A stretch of DNA of 41,537 nt. Source: a virus. Taxonomy: Duplodnaviria; Caudoviricetes. The translations under genes were made by a program, and so were the position numbers. Shown here in pieces: positions 26,631-35,080 of this stretch (within the stretch, counting starts at the first letter, position 1; the number at the start of each line of letters is the position of its first letter). The stretch is from positions 1 to 41,537 of IMG/VR virus record IMGVR_UViG_3300037104_000552. One strand, written 5' to 3'. The notes under the pieces are model-generated. The model worked only from the letters and a program-made list of their open reading frames with translations, ran no database searches and was not told the origin of the DNA.

Positions 26631-27058
26631 TTTTGGCTCACCTGATACGATACAATCTCTTTGGTTGTGATCACTCCCTCCGCCTCGTCCAGCATCGCCT
26701 TCTTGACGAGTTTATCGACAAGCGTGAGGTTGATCTTCTCGCCGACACGCTCTTTCTTCGCTTCGAGTTCCTGCTTTTCAAGTTCGCAGGCCATCTCATA
26801 CTGTTTCGGGAATACTGCGGCGAACAGCGTGATATTCAGGGACCGGACTTTGCGCGCCTTCTTTTCCAGCCGGCACCGCTCATCTTCGGTAATACCGTTC
26901 TTGACCGCGTAGGCAAGCGCCCGGTCCCGGTTCTCTTTCATTGTTGCGATCTTCTCTTCCAGCGCCGCGATATCCCCGTCAATAAGGTAGACAAGGGTCA
27001 GCGGATTCTCGATCTTCTGTTCCGGTAAGTTCTCTTTTTCTCCAAGTTGTAAACTCAT
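26627..27058 (-). CDS. Coiled-coil protein of the recombination module
   Basis: GGTGA RBS before ATG 27058. Helical and adjacent to bet. Family not certain. Confidence 0.65.
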   Translation of the reverse strand: MSLQLGEKENLPEQKIENPLTLVYLIDGDIAALEEKIATMKENRDRALAYAVKNGITEDERCRLEKKARKVRSLNITLFAAVFPKQYEMACELEKQELEAKKERVGEKINLTLVDKLVKKAMLDEAEGVITTKEIVSYQVSQK

Positions 27059-27090
27059 AATTTTCACCCGATTTCCCGTATTTTCGGAAT

Positions 27091-27151
27091 GGCCCTTGTC
27101 CGGCATTGAACCGGCTGCGGTCCGGATTCGCCTCCCGCACTTATCAAGAGC
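27091..27151 (-). ncRNA. tRNA-like small RNA (acceptor stem plus T-arm, no canonical D or anticodon arm)
   Basis: GCTCTTG/CAAGGGC 7-bp stem, GCCGG-TTCAATG-CCGGA T-arm in exact tRNA register, and one internal TGCGG/CCGCA stem. Intergenic. Confidence 0.6.
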
Positions 27152-27177
27152 AAAATTGTAAATTGAGAGAGGATAGA

Positions 27178-27450
27178 TTATCCCCACTTCTTCTTGTTCG
27201 CTTTATCAGCCGCCTCTTTAGCTTCTTTGCTGCCGGTCTTGAGACCTGGTTTCTCTTCAAGCGGAAGAATGGTCTGCTCGGCTTCCTCTACGACTTCATC
27301 CATGAAGTCCTGAAGAATCTTTGCGTAGAACTCCGAGGTATCGACCGGACCGTCCCTTTCCATATCGCGTTTCTCAAATTTCAGGCCGTGTGATTTGTGG
27401 CCGTCTTTGATCCGGATCGTGCCGGATACTTCAAATGTTTTGTTCGTGAT
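27178..27450 (-). CDS. Hypothetical protein, probably starting at a non-canonical ATC
   Basis: The frame stays open 29 codons upstream of ATG 27363, to an ATC 6 nt after AGGTGA. Confidence 0.55.
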   Translation of the reverse strand: MTNKTFEVSGTIRIKDGHKSHGLKFEKRDMERDGPVDTSEFYAKILQDFMDEVVEEAEQTILPLEEKPGLKTGSKEAKEAADKANKKKWG

Positions 27451-27464
27451 GATTGATCACCTTT

Positions 27465-27632
27465 TCAAATCTTGATCCAATGCGGAGCCATGGAAGGGAA
27501 CCGGTGGCAATGTTTCGGCGCGTCAAGCGCAGACTCTTTTTTCTGGATCTCCGCGAGAGTGCATCCATACGGACACACATTGCACTGATACGTTACTTCC
27601 TTGTCACCGGGTTCCAAAATCAGTATCTGCAT
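27465..27632 (-). CDS. 55-aa Cys-rich protein, not in the ORF track
   Basis: MQILILEPGDKEVTYQCNVCPYGC...HC, downstream of the CTTAATATCCTTTA motif. Confidence 0.6.
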   Translation of the reverse strand: MQILILEPGDKEVTYQCNVCPYGCTLAEIQKKESALDAPKHCHRFPSMAPHWIKI

Positions 27633-27656
27633 TGTGATCAATTATCTTTAGAAGAG

Positions 27657-27670
27657 TAAAGGATATTAAG
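27657..27670 (-). promoter_or_regulatory. Repeated promoter/operator motif CTTAATATCCTTTA, copy 2
   Basis: Exact 14-mer match to 1182-1195. Confidence 0.6.
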
Positions 27671-27938
27671 GTTTCTGTTTTATTGCGCGAAGCCGGTACA
27701 GGGTCATGCCGGCAATGCGCTTGGAGGAGACTTTCTTCTGCTCGACAAGATCTCCGAGATACAGCCGGACGGTCGGGTCCGGTGTGGCAAGCGCCTTTGA
27801 TATCCCCGATGCCGTCAAGCCGTCGCCGTTCTGCTCCTTATCTTCCTTTAACACGCGCAGGATCTCCGCGTGAAGGGTCGGTATTGATCTGGTTCCGACC
27901 GGCTTCCCGGCTTTCTTCCTTAATGGTTTATATGTCAT
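27666..27938 (-). CDS. Winged helix-turn-helix transcriptional regulator (ArsR/IclR-like)
   Basis: EILRVL...GLTASGISKALATPDPTVRLYLGDLVEQKKV...LYRL. Confidence 0.85.
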   Translation of the reverse strand: MTYKPLRKKAGKPVGTRSIPTLHAEILRVLKEDKEQNGDGLTASGISKALATPDPTVRLYLGDLVEQKKVSSKRIAGMTLYRLRAIKQKP

Positions 27939-27957
27939 CGTAAATTCTTGTATGTGT

Positions 27958-27971
27958 TAAAGGATATTAAG
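27958..27971 (-). promoter_or_regulatory. Repeated promoter/operator motif CTTAATATCCTTTA, copy 3
   Basis: Exact 14-mer about 20 bp upstream of the wHTH start codon. Confidence 0.6.
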
Positions 27972-28036
27972 AGTTACGTTTCGGTTGCTCAATGGTTTTC
28001 CCGAACACCGGTCTCTCTTGCAGAACGATTCGATCA

Positions 28037-30046
28037 TTATACTACCCTCCATTTTCCTAGTCCGGCTTCGCAGAGCATATTTTCCCGGCACATCTGCTCA
28101 AACGTGTTCTTTACCTTCGCTTCCGTCATCCCGGGATTCTTCGCGGTAACGTCCCGGATAATAATATCAAGCGAGCATTTCCCGCCTTCGTCTCGGATCG
28201 CTGCAAGGATCTCTGCAACCAGTCCCCGGCGCTCCTTGGTCTTGCCGCTCGCCCGGTCAGCGTCATACATACCGGTCCGGCTATCGACTGCGAACTGCTT
28301 GAGCGAATATTCATAGACTGCGATAGCGGCTTCCGCATCCTGGATCGTAACCTCAGTACCGAGTCTCATTATAGCATGAGCGGTAGCCAGCCGCGCCAAG
28401 GATTCCAGCGCTCGGTTAGTCAGTGAGATCGTGCCGCCACCGGAACTCTTCCGGATCTCAACAAACCGGTCAGTAATTAACCGCGCGGCCGGTTCGTTTA
28501 GTTGTGGATTCTTGCGCTGCCGGGCAATGGCGATATACTTCAGAAGTAAATCACGAGGGATCTGATTTTCTCGTGTTCTTGATCTTCTCTGCCACCCGGC
28601 AAGGATGGAATCCGCTGTAGTCCGGTCCTGATTCTCTTCCGGCACGTCCGGCAACAGGTAAATGAGATCAAACCGGCTCAGGAGTTGCGGCGGGATCTTA
28701 CCATCAATCTGATCAGCCAGCGGGATTGCCATATCGAACCGGCCATGTTTGGGATTCAAGGCCACCATAACGCTGCACCGGGCCTGCAAGGTGGCATTTA
28801 TTCCGGCTTTGTTGACCGGGATAATCTGGGTCTCCATAAACTCGTTCAGCGCCATAATATCGGTCTTTTCCATCTGTCCGAGCTCGTCCACGAACAGGCA
28901 GGACTCATCGGCCATGACTGCGGCCCCGGCATCCGCTACCCATCGCTTATCGTGCTCATCCTGCCGCATCGTAAAAGTCAGTCCCGCGGAACTAGTGGAC
29001 CGGCCCGAGATGTAGAGCGACCGCGGTGTAATATCGCGGAGCATCAGGAGCATGGTGCTTTTCGATATGCCCGGATCCCCGCCAAGGAATACGTGAATGC
29101 TGCCGCGCATCTTCTTACCCTCAAAGGCTTCCTGATGGGCTGCGAACAGGAACAGCGCAATTCCTTTCTTCTCTTCCGCAAATCCGGAAATGGCCGGTAG
29201 GATCGACTTTGACATCGTTGTGAGAAGGTCCGGGCTCTTGGCGAGTTTCCGGATCTGATCTTCTTCTTCCTCGGATATCTCGAGATCCGCAAAGTTTTTG
29301 TGATCGCGCTCTATTGAATTGACTTGCAGGAACAACTCGAACATCCCGCTCTTTTCTCCGTGCTGGATTTTCTGCCGGGACCGTATAATTCCATTGAGGA
29401 CCACACGCTCCCCGGGCACAATCTGACCGCATAGGTCATCTTCAATATCGATTGGTAACTGCTGCGGCTGCTCACCGGCTTTCTGGGTCTCAAGGTTCTC
29501 TTGTATCCGGCCGGTCTGCGAGTCGGCAAAAATCGACCGGAGAGGGACAAGATCTAAAACGCGGAGATTGCAGATACTACATTTATCTGGCTGGACAAAC
29601 CCGCCAAATTTCTGGATTCTGTGTGTAAAATGCCCGGCCGCGCATTTAAATACCGCATCTACAATCCTGGGCCTGACCTCAGATGACCGTATAATCACGC
29701 CATCTATGGAGACAAGCTGATTGACGTTTTCTTTCCGGATATCCCGGATCCGGACCCTGCGCGGGACCGAGATAAACCGGATGTTGATGTTTACCGGTTT
29801 GCCGTCTTTAGTTTTCGGTTTGATCAGTTCTGATGTGATCAGGGCATCGTTGACTTCCTCAAAGACCTCGCGCTGTTTCTCAAGGAGTTTATCCGCGCAG
29901 ACCAATCCTTCCTTACCGGACTTCTCAACCTCTTTGTAATCGATCGTGAGGGACCTGACGTTTGGATAGTCCCGGTTTATGGCCGAGATCCCTTTTTTGC
30001 ACTTGGTTTTTAGAAAATCTTTCCAGAAGGTTACACAATCGGTCAT
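28037..30046 (-). CDS. mcm: Archaeal-type MCM replicative helicase
   Basis: Zn site CAAGH...CSIC, Walker A GDPGISKS, STSSAGLT, Walker B LFVDE, Arg finger LLSRFD, sensor-2 RALESL, C-terminal wHTH. Confidence 0.97.
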   Translation of the reverse strand: MTDCVTFWKDFLKTKCKKGISAINRDYPNVRSLTIDYKEVEKSGKEGLVCADKLLEKQREVFEEVNDALITSELIKPKTKDGKPVNINIRFISVPRRVRIRDIRKENVNQLVSIDGVIIRSSEVRPRIVDAVFKCAAGHFTHRIQKFGGFVQPDKCSICNLRVLDLVPLRSIFADSQTGRIQENLETQKAGEQPQQLPIDIEDDLCGQIVPGERVVLNGIIRSRQKIQHGEKSGMFELFLQVNSIERDHKNFADLEISEEEEDQIRKLAKSPDLLTTMSKSILPAISGFAEEKKGIALFLFAAHQEAFEGKKMRGSIHVFLGGDPGISKSTMLLMLRDITPRSLYISGRSTSSAGLTFTMRQDEHDKRWVADAGAAVMADESCLFVDELGQMEKTDIMALNEFMETQIIPVNKAGINATLQARCSVMVALNPKHGRFDMAIPLADQIDGKIPPQLLSRFDLIYLLPDVPEENQDRTTADSILAGWQRRSRTRENQIPRDLLLKYIAIARQRKNPQLNEPAARLITDRFVEIRKSSGGGTISLTNRALESLARLATAHAIMRLGTEVTIQDAEAAIAVYEYSLKQFAVDSRTGMYDADRASGKTKERRGLVAEILAAIRDEGGKCSLDIIIRDVTAKNPGMTEAKVKNTFEQMCRENMLCEAGLGKWRVV

Positions 30047-30047
30047 T

Positions 30048-30428
30048 CTAATCCTCTTTCAATTTCCGCGATGGCTTGGAGGAGGGGGTACGCTTGCTGC
30101 GGGACAACGGCATTTCCGAGGCATCTAAGGGGCGGTCCACCCTTCGGGGAAGCGCATCTCTGTGCGCTTCCAAATCTTCTAATTTTTTGAAGGCATCTCG
30201 AACTTGCTTTTGTGACCACTCATCATAGTATTTGCACCCAGACACTAGTTCATTTGGTTTCTTGATGCAATCCATATCACTTTCATAATGAGACCTGCAC
30301 ATGTGGCCTTCTGGCCACTGGCATCGATAGTACGTTACACTCCCATGATATCTTACCGTGTCCTTGCATTTGAGTCGCAGGGGGCACCCCGTAACTTTAG
30401 TCGTTTTTATATCAAAATCTTCTTTCAT
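30048..30428 (-). CDS. Cys-rich hypothetical protein
   Basis: AGGTGA RBS, several Cys, directly upstream of mcm. Confidence 0.65.
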   Translation of the reverse strand: MKEDFDIKTTKVTGCPLRLKCKDTVRYHGSVTYYRCQWPEGHMCRSHYESDMDCIKKPNELVSGCKYYDEWSQKQVRDAFKKLEDLEAHRDALPRRVDRPLDASEMPLSRSKRTPSSKPSRKLKED

Positions 30429-30451
30429 CTCTTCACCTTCGGTTCATTCAG

Positions 30452-30784
30452 TCACTCCGCCATCACTTCCTGATCAAGCTGGTCCATACAGGTTATCAGG
30501 TCATTCCGGGAAAGTGCGATCTTCTGGTTGCCGAAATGCTCAAGCAGGAAAGAATAATCATTGGAATGGTATTCGTAGGTATCCTGCAATTTCCGAAGTT
30601 CCGGGATAATCTTTGCTTCGTAAAACGTTTGCCGAACGCGCTTTTTCTCCTGTTCCAAGGGATCGTTGCGCAACGATTGACGGGTACAATCGATAAGAAA
30701 ACCGCTGTATTCCCGTTTCTTTAAATTCTTCTCCATCCAGTCCCAAAGATCTTCAGGGACGGCAACGTTGAGCATGTGAACCAT
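30452..30784 (-). CDS. RHH/CopG-like DNA-binding protein, candidate replication initiator or regulator
   Basis: MLNVAVPEDLWDWM...YSGFLIDCTRQSL RHH pattern. GAGGT RBS. First gene of the mcm operon. Confidence 0.6.
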   Translation of the reverse strand: MVHMLNVAVPEDLWDWMEKNLKKREYSGFLIDCTRQSLRNDPLEQEKKRVRQTFYEAKIIPELRKLQDTYEYHSNDYSFLLEHFGNQKIALSRNDLITCMDQLDQEVMAE

Positions 30785-30879
30785 TTTCGATACCTCACAG
30801 TAAATACGAAAGGTATAAGTTCTTTCAAAAAGAGAATTGATATTGCAGCATCCTCTTTTTGGGATCTTATCCTTCGAGC

Positions 30880-31129
<250 letters not shown>

Positions 31130-31140
<11 letters not shown>

Positions 31141-31166
31141 AGGGAGGGGAGAGGCAATCCCCTCCC
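31130..31166 (-). terminator. Hairpin plus pyrimidine tract, putative terminator of the leftward operon
   Basis: GGGAGGGGA/TCCCCTCCC 9-bp stem (31142-31166), followed on - by TTTTCTCTCTTC. Confidence 0.55.
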
Positions 31167-31322
31167 GGCCTTGATGATGGACTGATCTGATCCGAGGATT
31201 GTTTCATTCATGGTTGGGTTTGACGCTCATTAAGGGCCCGTGTCTTTTGGCCCCCCGGTACTTGGTGATGTGCAAGAGAGATGAGTTCGAGTTTTCTTCC
31301 CGGGTCATGGCTGGACCTTGAT

Positions 31323-31460
31323 TTATGATTGCTCCTTTTCCGATTTATGATAGTCGATCAGCGGTTTCAGTCTCCAGGCCGGCGTCTGTCCGTAAAGGTT
31401 CGGATGCTGCCGGGGCGCTGTCTCTTGCAGCTCTTTGAGTTGTTCTGTTATTGGATCCAT
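31323..31460 (-). CDS. 45-aa hypothetical protein, not in the ORF track
   Basis: MDPITEQLKELQETAPRQHPNLYG..., overlapping the end of the upstream ORF. Confidence 0.45.
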   Translation of the reverse strand: MDPITEQLKELQETAPRQHPNLYGQTPAWRLKPLIDYHKSEKEQS

Positions 31461-31660
31461 TGATGTCTTCTAAATGGGCACGTTGTCCTAAAAATAGGAC
31501 AATCGCTTTCACAATCTCCACCTGTCAATTTATGCTCAACATCTTCTGGATATGGTATACCTGCGGATTTCCGTGCTTCGTAGCACGCTTGATCATTTGC
31601 GGCTTGCTGGGTTTCTGTGCCGTCATCATAGAAACCCATCCCCCCTCTATATTTCGTCAT
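31448..31660 (-). CDS. Small Cys-rich protein
   Basis: C...CESDCP...CPF, with GGAG upstream. Confidence 0.6.
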   Translation of the reverse strand: MTKYRGGMGFYDDGTETQQAANDQACYEARKSAGIPYPEDVEHKLTGGDCESDCPIFRTTCPFRRHQWIQ

Positions 31661-31663
31661 GCT

Positions 31664-31942
31664 TCAGACTCCGGTTTTATTGATTTTGATTGGCGTTTCC
31701 TCCGGATAGTACCGGGTCGTGAACGGCTGCACATGCTGGATCTGTCCGGTCCCCTGGTTGATCTGCTCTGAAAGGTTCTGGTAATCCTGCTGGTTCTGCG
31801 TACTGTTCGCAGTGCCCGTTACAGACTCATAGGCCCCGATTCCGATACAGAAAGCAGCGAGTACGAACAATATCAGGAAGATCAGGACAATCGCCACGGA
31901 AACACCGATAGCGACCTTTCCGCACAGGTTCGTGAGGGTCAT
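31664..31942 (-). CDS. Single-pass membrane protein
   Basis: VAIGVSVAIVLIFLILFVLAAFCIGIG hydrophobic stretch, ATGA overlap start. Confidence 0.7.
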   Translation of the reverse strand: MTLTNLCGKVAIGVSVAIVLIFLILFVLAAFCIGIGAYESVTGTANSTQNQQDYQNLSEQINQGTGQIQHVQPFTTRYYPEETPIKINKTGV

Positions 31943-32325
31943 TTCTGATCCCTCAATCTGAACCGGTCCCGCTGGGATTGTTCGGCATCTATTACCGGCC
32001 CTGCCGGCTTGCAGTTGTATTCCCGGCCGTATACAAGCTGCCGGGCTCTGGGTGTATTCTCCGGTACCGGCCGGCAGGGCTCGGTATCGATAGCGGCGGT
32101 CATGGCCTGATCCTCCCCCATGCATGCATCCTTACGGGTAGCTTTCCCGGCCCGCATCTTGAGCGCCCAGTTGAGGGCGTCCCTCCAGCCGGACCAATTA
32201 GATTCGTCGTCCCAATCATCACCGGTCATCTCATCAGAGTCCTGCTTTTTGGCAAGACGGGCGAGCTTGCGATTGAGTCGCTGGATCTCTTTGCGGACCT
32301 CAATTACCCACTTTGGATCGCTCAT
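31939..32325 (-). CDS. Hypothetical protein
   Basis: TAATG coupling, coiled coil followed by GWRDALNWAL. Confidence 0.65.
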   Translation of the reverse strand: MSDPKWVIEVRKEIQRLNRKLARLAKKQDSDEMTGDDWDDESNWSGWRDALNWALKMRAGKATRKDACMGEDQAMTAAIDTEPCRPVPENTPRARQLVYGREYNCKPAGPVIDAEQSQRDRFRLRDQK

Positions 32326-32516
32326 TAGATCACTTCATACTTACCAATAACATTCTCGTTGATGTCCCAGATAGGTGTTGGTTGTGCACAATGCAATTTT
32401 GATAAATTCCCATAGTCCTGCATTACAAATGCAACAACCCGGATCATACGTGCTACATCGTACCCGCTTTGGGCGCCCTCATTCCCGAGCTCAATTTCAA
32501 GGATAAATTTTGCCAT
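32325..32516 (-). CDS. Small hypothetical protein
   Basis: GAGGTGA RBS. KFILEIELGN...IWDINENVIG resembles small phage early proteins. Confidence 0.7.
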   Translation of the reverse strand: MAKFILEIELGNEGAQSGYDVARMIRVVAFVMQDYGNLSKLHCAQPTPIWDINENVIGKYEVI

Positions 32517-32518
32517 GG

Positions 32519-32644
32519 TTAGATCACCTCATACTTGCCAATAACATTCTTTCGTCGATACTTGATCACAAAAATGATATGATAGTGAAGGCTGTAGACA
32601 ACGTGATTGCCCCGGTCAAGATCGTATTTTGTTTTGCCGGTCAT
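32519..32644 (-). pseudogene. tnpA: N-terminal fragment of IS200/IS605 Y1 transposase forming a 41-aa chimeric ORF
   Basis: YDLDRGNHVVYSLHYHIIFVIKYRRK matches the TnpA N-terminus. The HUH motif and catalytic Tyr are absent. Confidence 0.8.
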
Positions 32645-32790
32645 ACATTCTCCGAGAATGCCGGATCGTCTTCTGAAAATTCTCTCCATCCGGTTTTGCA
32701 AACCGTACAATCATAGAGATCGTCCCTGCCCCCCATAATCTCATCTGATTGAGAAACCATTTCCGTTCCGCACGTCGAACAATGATACAT
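32641..32790 (-). CDS. 49-aa zinc-ribbon protein, not in the ORF track
   Basis: MYHCSTCG...YDCTVCKTGW. GGAG RBS, ATGA overlap into the tnpA fragment. Confidence 0.7.
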   Translation of the reverse strand: MYHCSTCGTEMVSQSDEIMGGRDDLYDCTVCKTGWREFSEDDPAFSENV

Positions 32791-32791
32791 A

Positions 32792-32926
32792 TTATACGCT
32801 CCAGTACCCTACGAGCCACCCCTGAGAGAGTTTCTTGTGATGCGCTGCCGGGATTCTTATTGACATCTCGCGCTCAACAATCCAGCCGGTTTTTTCGTTC
32901 CTGATTTTTAAGGTAACTTGTCCCAT
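32792..32926 (-). CDS. 44-aa protein, first gene of the leftward arm, not in the ORF track
   Basis: MGQVTLKIRNEKTGW..., with a CCTTTATT TATA-like box upstream near 32973-32980. Confidence 0.55.
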   Translation of the reverse strand: MGQVTLKIRNEKTGWIVEREMSIRIPAAHHKKLSQGWLVGYWSV

Positions 32927-33923
32927 CTGTCTCATCTCTCTTTGCTACAATTACCTATAATTCATTAAAGGTAATAAAGGTATGCATTCAGGTGATAAAA
33001 TGCAACAATCAACGCACAAAATAATATCAATCTCCGCGCAATAACCCCGGATTGGTGCGGCACGGTACCCGGCAATGCCGCACCGGACCAACCATAAGCG
33101 CGGGGTCTCTGTCAGGGGCGGCAGCCCCTTGACAATACCTCCTAATCTCACGCACAACAGCCCCATAGCCAGTATGCTCATAATAGACCCATAGCATGTG
33201 TATAGCAGCAGCGATCCTACGCACGATCTCAAGTATCCCTACCAATACCCATCATCCATCAACCGAGAGCATCACAGAGTCACTATACAGAGCAATCGCT
33301 ATACCCGTCCGTCACTACTCACCGCCACATAATACCTTCCCAACCACTCCCAATGATAAACCTTATATGAGTTTATACTCCGATGCCATAAACCACCAGT
33401 GAGTTTATCACCGGTACGACCAGGTCCCTCATCTATCCCACCTCCGTCGTATTTTGTGCGGCACATTCCATAAGTGGTATGCGTATCAGTTTTGGAAGCC
33501 ACTTTTAATCATCACTTTTCGCGGTCCCGGGCCGGGTAGTAGGCGCGATCCTAGTGCCCGGGCCTGTCCGTATAGTGCACTCTCGCGTCGAAATGTCGCA
33601 GAATAGGTATTCTGCGCAATGTGACCCCTCTATATAGTGCACGTCGTAGGGGGTTAGTCCCTGCATTGCGTTATTATATTCTCATTGTATTGTGCCTCAT
33701 TTGGCTATTGCTCAATGATATGTGCTCTAATCCATAACTCTACGAAGGCAACGCAAGGGGGATTGTTCTAGGTTCACATCTGGTTGTTTTAGCGCGATAT
33801 ATGCCAGGACCCTCGTACAAAAATCTGGGAAATTGAACTCTTTTTAGGAATTGAGTCGAGACATAGGCATCAGATTTCAATATCCGCGATAGTTTTATCT
33901 CTGATTTATTCCAATAGTATTGT

Positions 33924-34349
33924 ATGTTGCCCCGAGAATTACATATCAAGGAAACGAGCCGGCAGAGCATCTATGGCGCGGTTGCCAGAGCCGTAGCATT
34001 TGAGGAACTGAGACTACCGCACCAATGCGAGATGTGCGGGAAGAAAGGGCGTGTAGAGGTCCACCACCTCAACAAGGATCGCATGGATAACAGCCGGGAA
34101 AATCTGAAAATACTATGCCGGAAATGTCATAATAAGCAACACGATATGATAAAATCGAAGAATCTCCCCGATGCAAAGGATATCTACGCTGAATATTCGA
34201 AAGAGGGGTCGACTTTAACAACGGTAGGGAAACTCTTTGGGTTATCGCCATCTTGCATTGCTCGGATTTTAGAGGATGCCGGATTTGACCGTAAAAAACA
34301 AGGGACTAGTAAGACCAAAAATACCGCAATAAAATGGTTTTCTCCGTAA
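33924..34349 (+). CDS. HNH endonuclease with a C-terminal HTH
   Basis: CEMCG...VEVHHLNKDRMDNSRENLKILCRKCH, then TLTTVGKLFGLSPSCIARILEDAG. Confidence 0.9.
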   Translation: MLPRELHIKETSRQSIYGAVARAVAFEELRLPHQCEMCGKKGRVEVHHLNKDRMDNSRENLKILCRKCHNKQHDMIKSKNLPDAKDIYAEYSKEGSTLTTVGKLFGLSPSCIARILEDAGFDRKKQGTSKTKNTAIKWFSP

Positions 34350-34457
34350 TCTGGTAAGTAAATCTTGCCCGGATTGTTTTTTGAGTTGGAGCAAGTTGGA
34401 TATTGCCTCACGACTGTATAATAAAATATAATAAGTGGAAGGGATAAAAAGGAGAGT

Positions 34458-34592
34458 ATGGCAGAAAAGAAAACAGCAAAAGAATGGTCATCGGGTATCG
34501 GCAACTGGAGCATCGGTATTTTCCGGAAGTCGGTATCCCTCGGGGCCGGGGAAACAAACTGTTTTATCCCACTTATGGGGGCGCACCCATGA
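34458..34592 (+). CDS. 44-aa hypothetical protein, not in the ORF track
   Basis: AAGGAG RBS, ATGA overlap with the next gene. Confidence 0.5.
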   Translation: MAEKKTAKEWSSGIGNWSIGIFRKSVSLGAGETNCFIPLMGAHP

Positions 34593-35080
34593 CAGCTCAG
34601 TATCTTGACAAGGAGAAGGTGTTGAAAGCGATGAGTGAATGCGATGGAAACCCGCCCCTTACTATGGAGACCAGGATCAAAGAAGGGAAATTTGACGCTC
34701 CTATGGAACCCATTGGATCAAGGATACTTTATCTCACACAGATTAAGAAACTCCTAGAATCTGTTAATGAGAAGGATGTAGAGATCGCCCGGCTCAAAGA
34801 AGAGATTGCCCGGGTCAATAATACTTGGTATGCAGAAGAGGATTATCAAAAAATCGGCAATGCAATCTGGGATGCATTCGGTTTCAAGAAGGATCCCGGC
34901 ACGGCAAAGGACATTGGGGATCTTACCCTGAGGGTGGATAATCTTGAAAAGGGAGTGGAAATTTCCCATGATCGGTGTTTACGGCTGGAAACTGCTTTCA
35001 AGTCCCTCAAGGAAAACGGAATATCAATCACTGCTGAAAACGGGACGATATATTCCCTAAAGGTCAAGAGGGAGTTATGA
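34589..35080 (+). CDS. Coiled-coil hypothetical protein
   Basis: Start MTAQYL chosen from the ATGA overlap. Heptad segments. Confidence 0.65.
   Translation: MTAQYLDKEKVLKAMSECDGNPPLTMETRIKEGKFDAPMEPIGSRILYLTQIKKLLESVNEKDVEIARLKEEIARVNNTWYAEEDYQKIGNAIWDAFGFKKDPGTAKDIGDLTLRVDNLEKGVEISHDRCLRLETAFKSLKENGISITAENGTIYSLKVKREL

Noticed and set aside
27091-27151. Canonical tRNA gene or attP site
   Set aside because: No D-arm or 7-nt anticodon loop. No integrase is encoded, and both acceptor strands are present. Kept as a tRNA-like element instead.
28037-30046. Intein in MCM (also checked TerL)
   Set aside because: Both proteins have normal length and contiguous motifs, with no intein-like insertion.
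31171-31190. C/D box sRNA (TGATGA...CTGA)
   Set aside because: The boxes are only 4-9 nt apart with no guide regions, and lie antisense to local transcription.
32951-33970. ORFs 32951-33232, 33027-33245, 33196-33402, 33299-33502 and 33740-33970
   Set aside because: They lack convincing RBS/coupling, overlap each other and have atypical composition. The region reads as a non-coding divergent control region.
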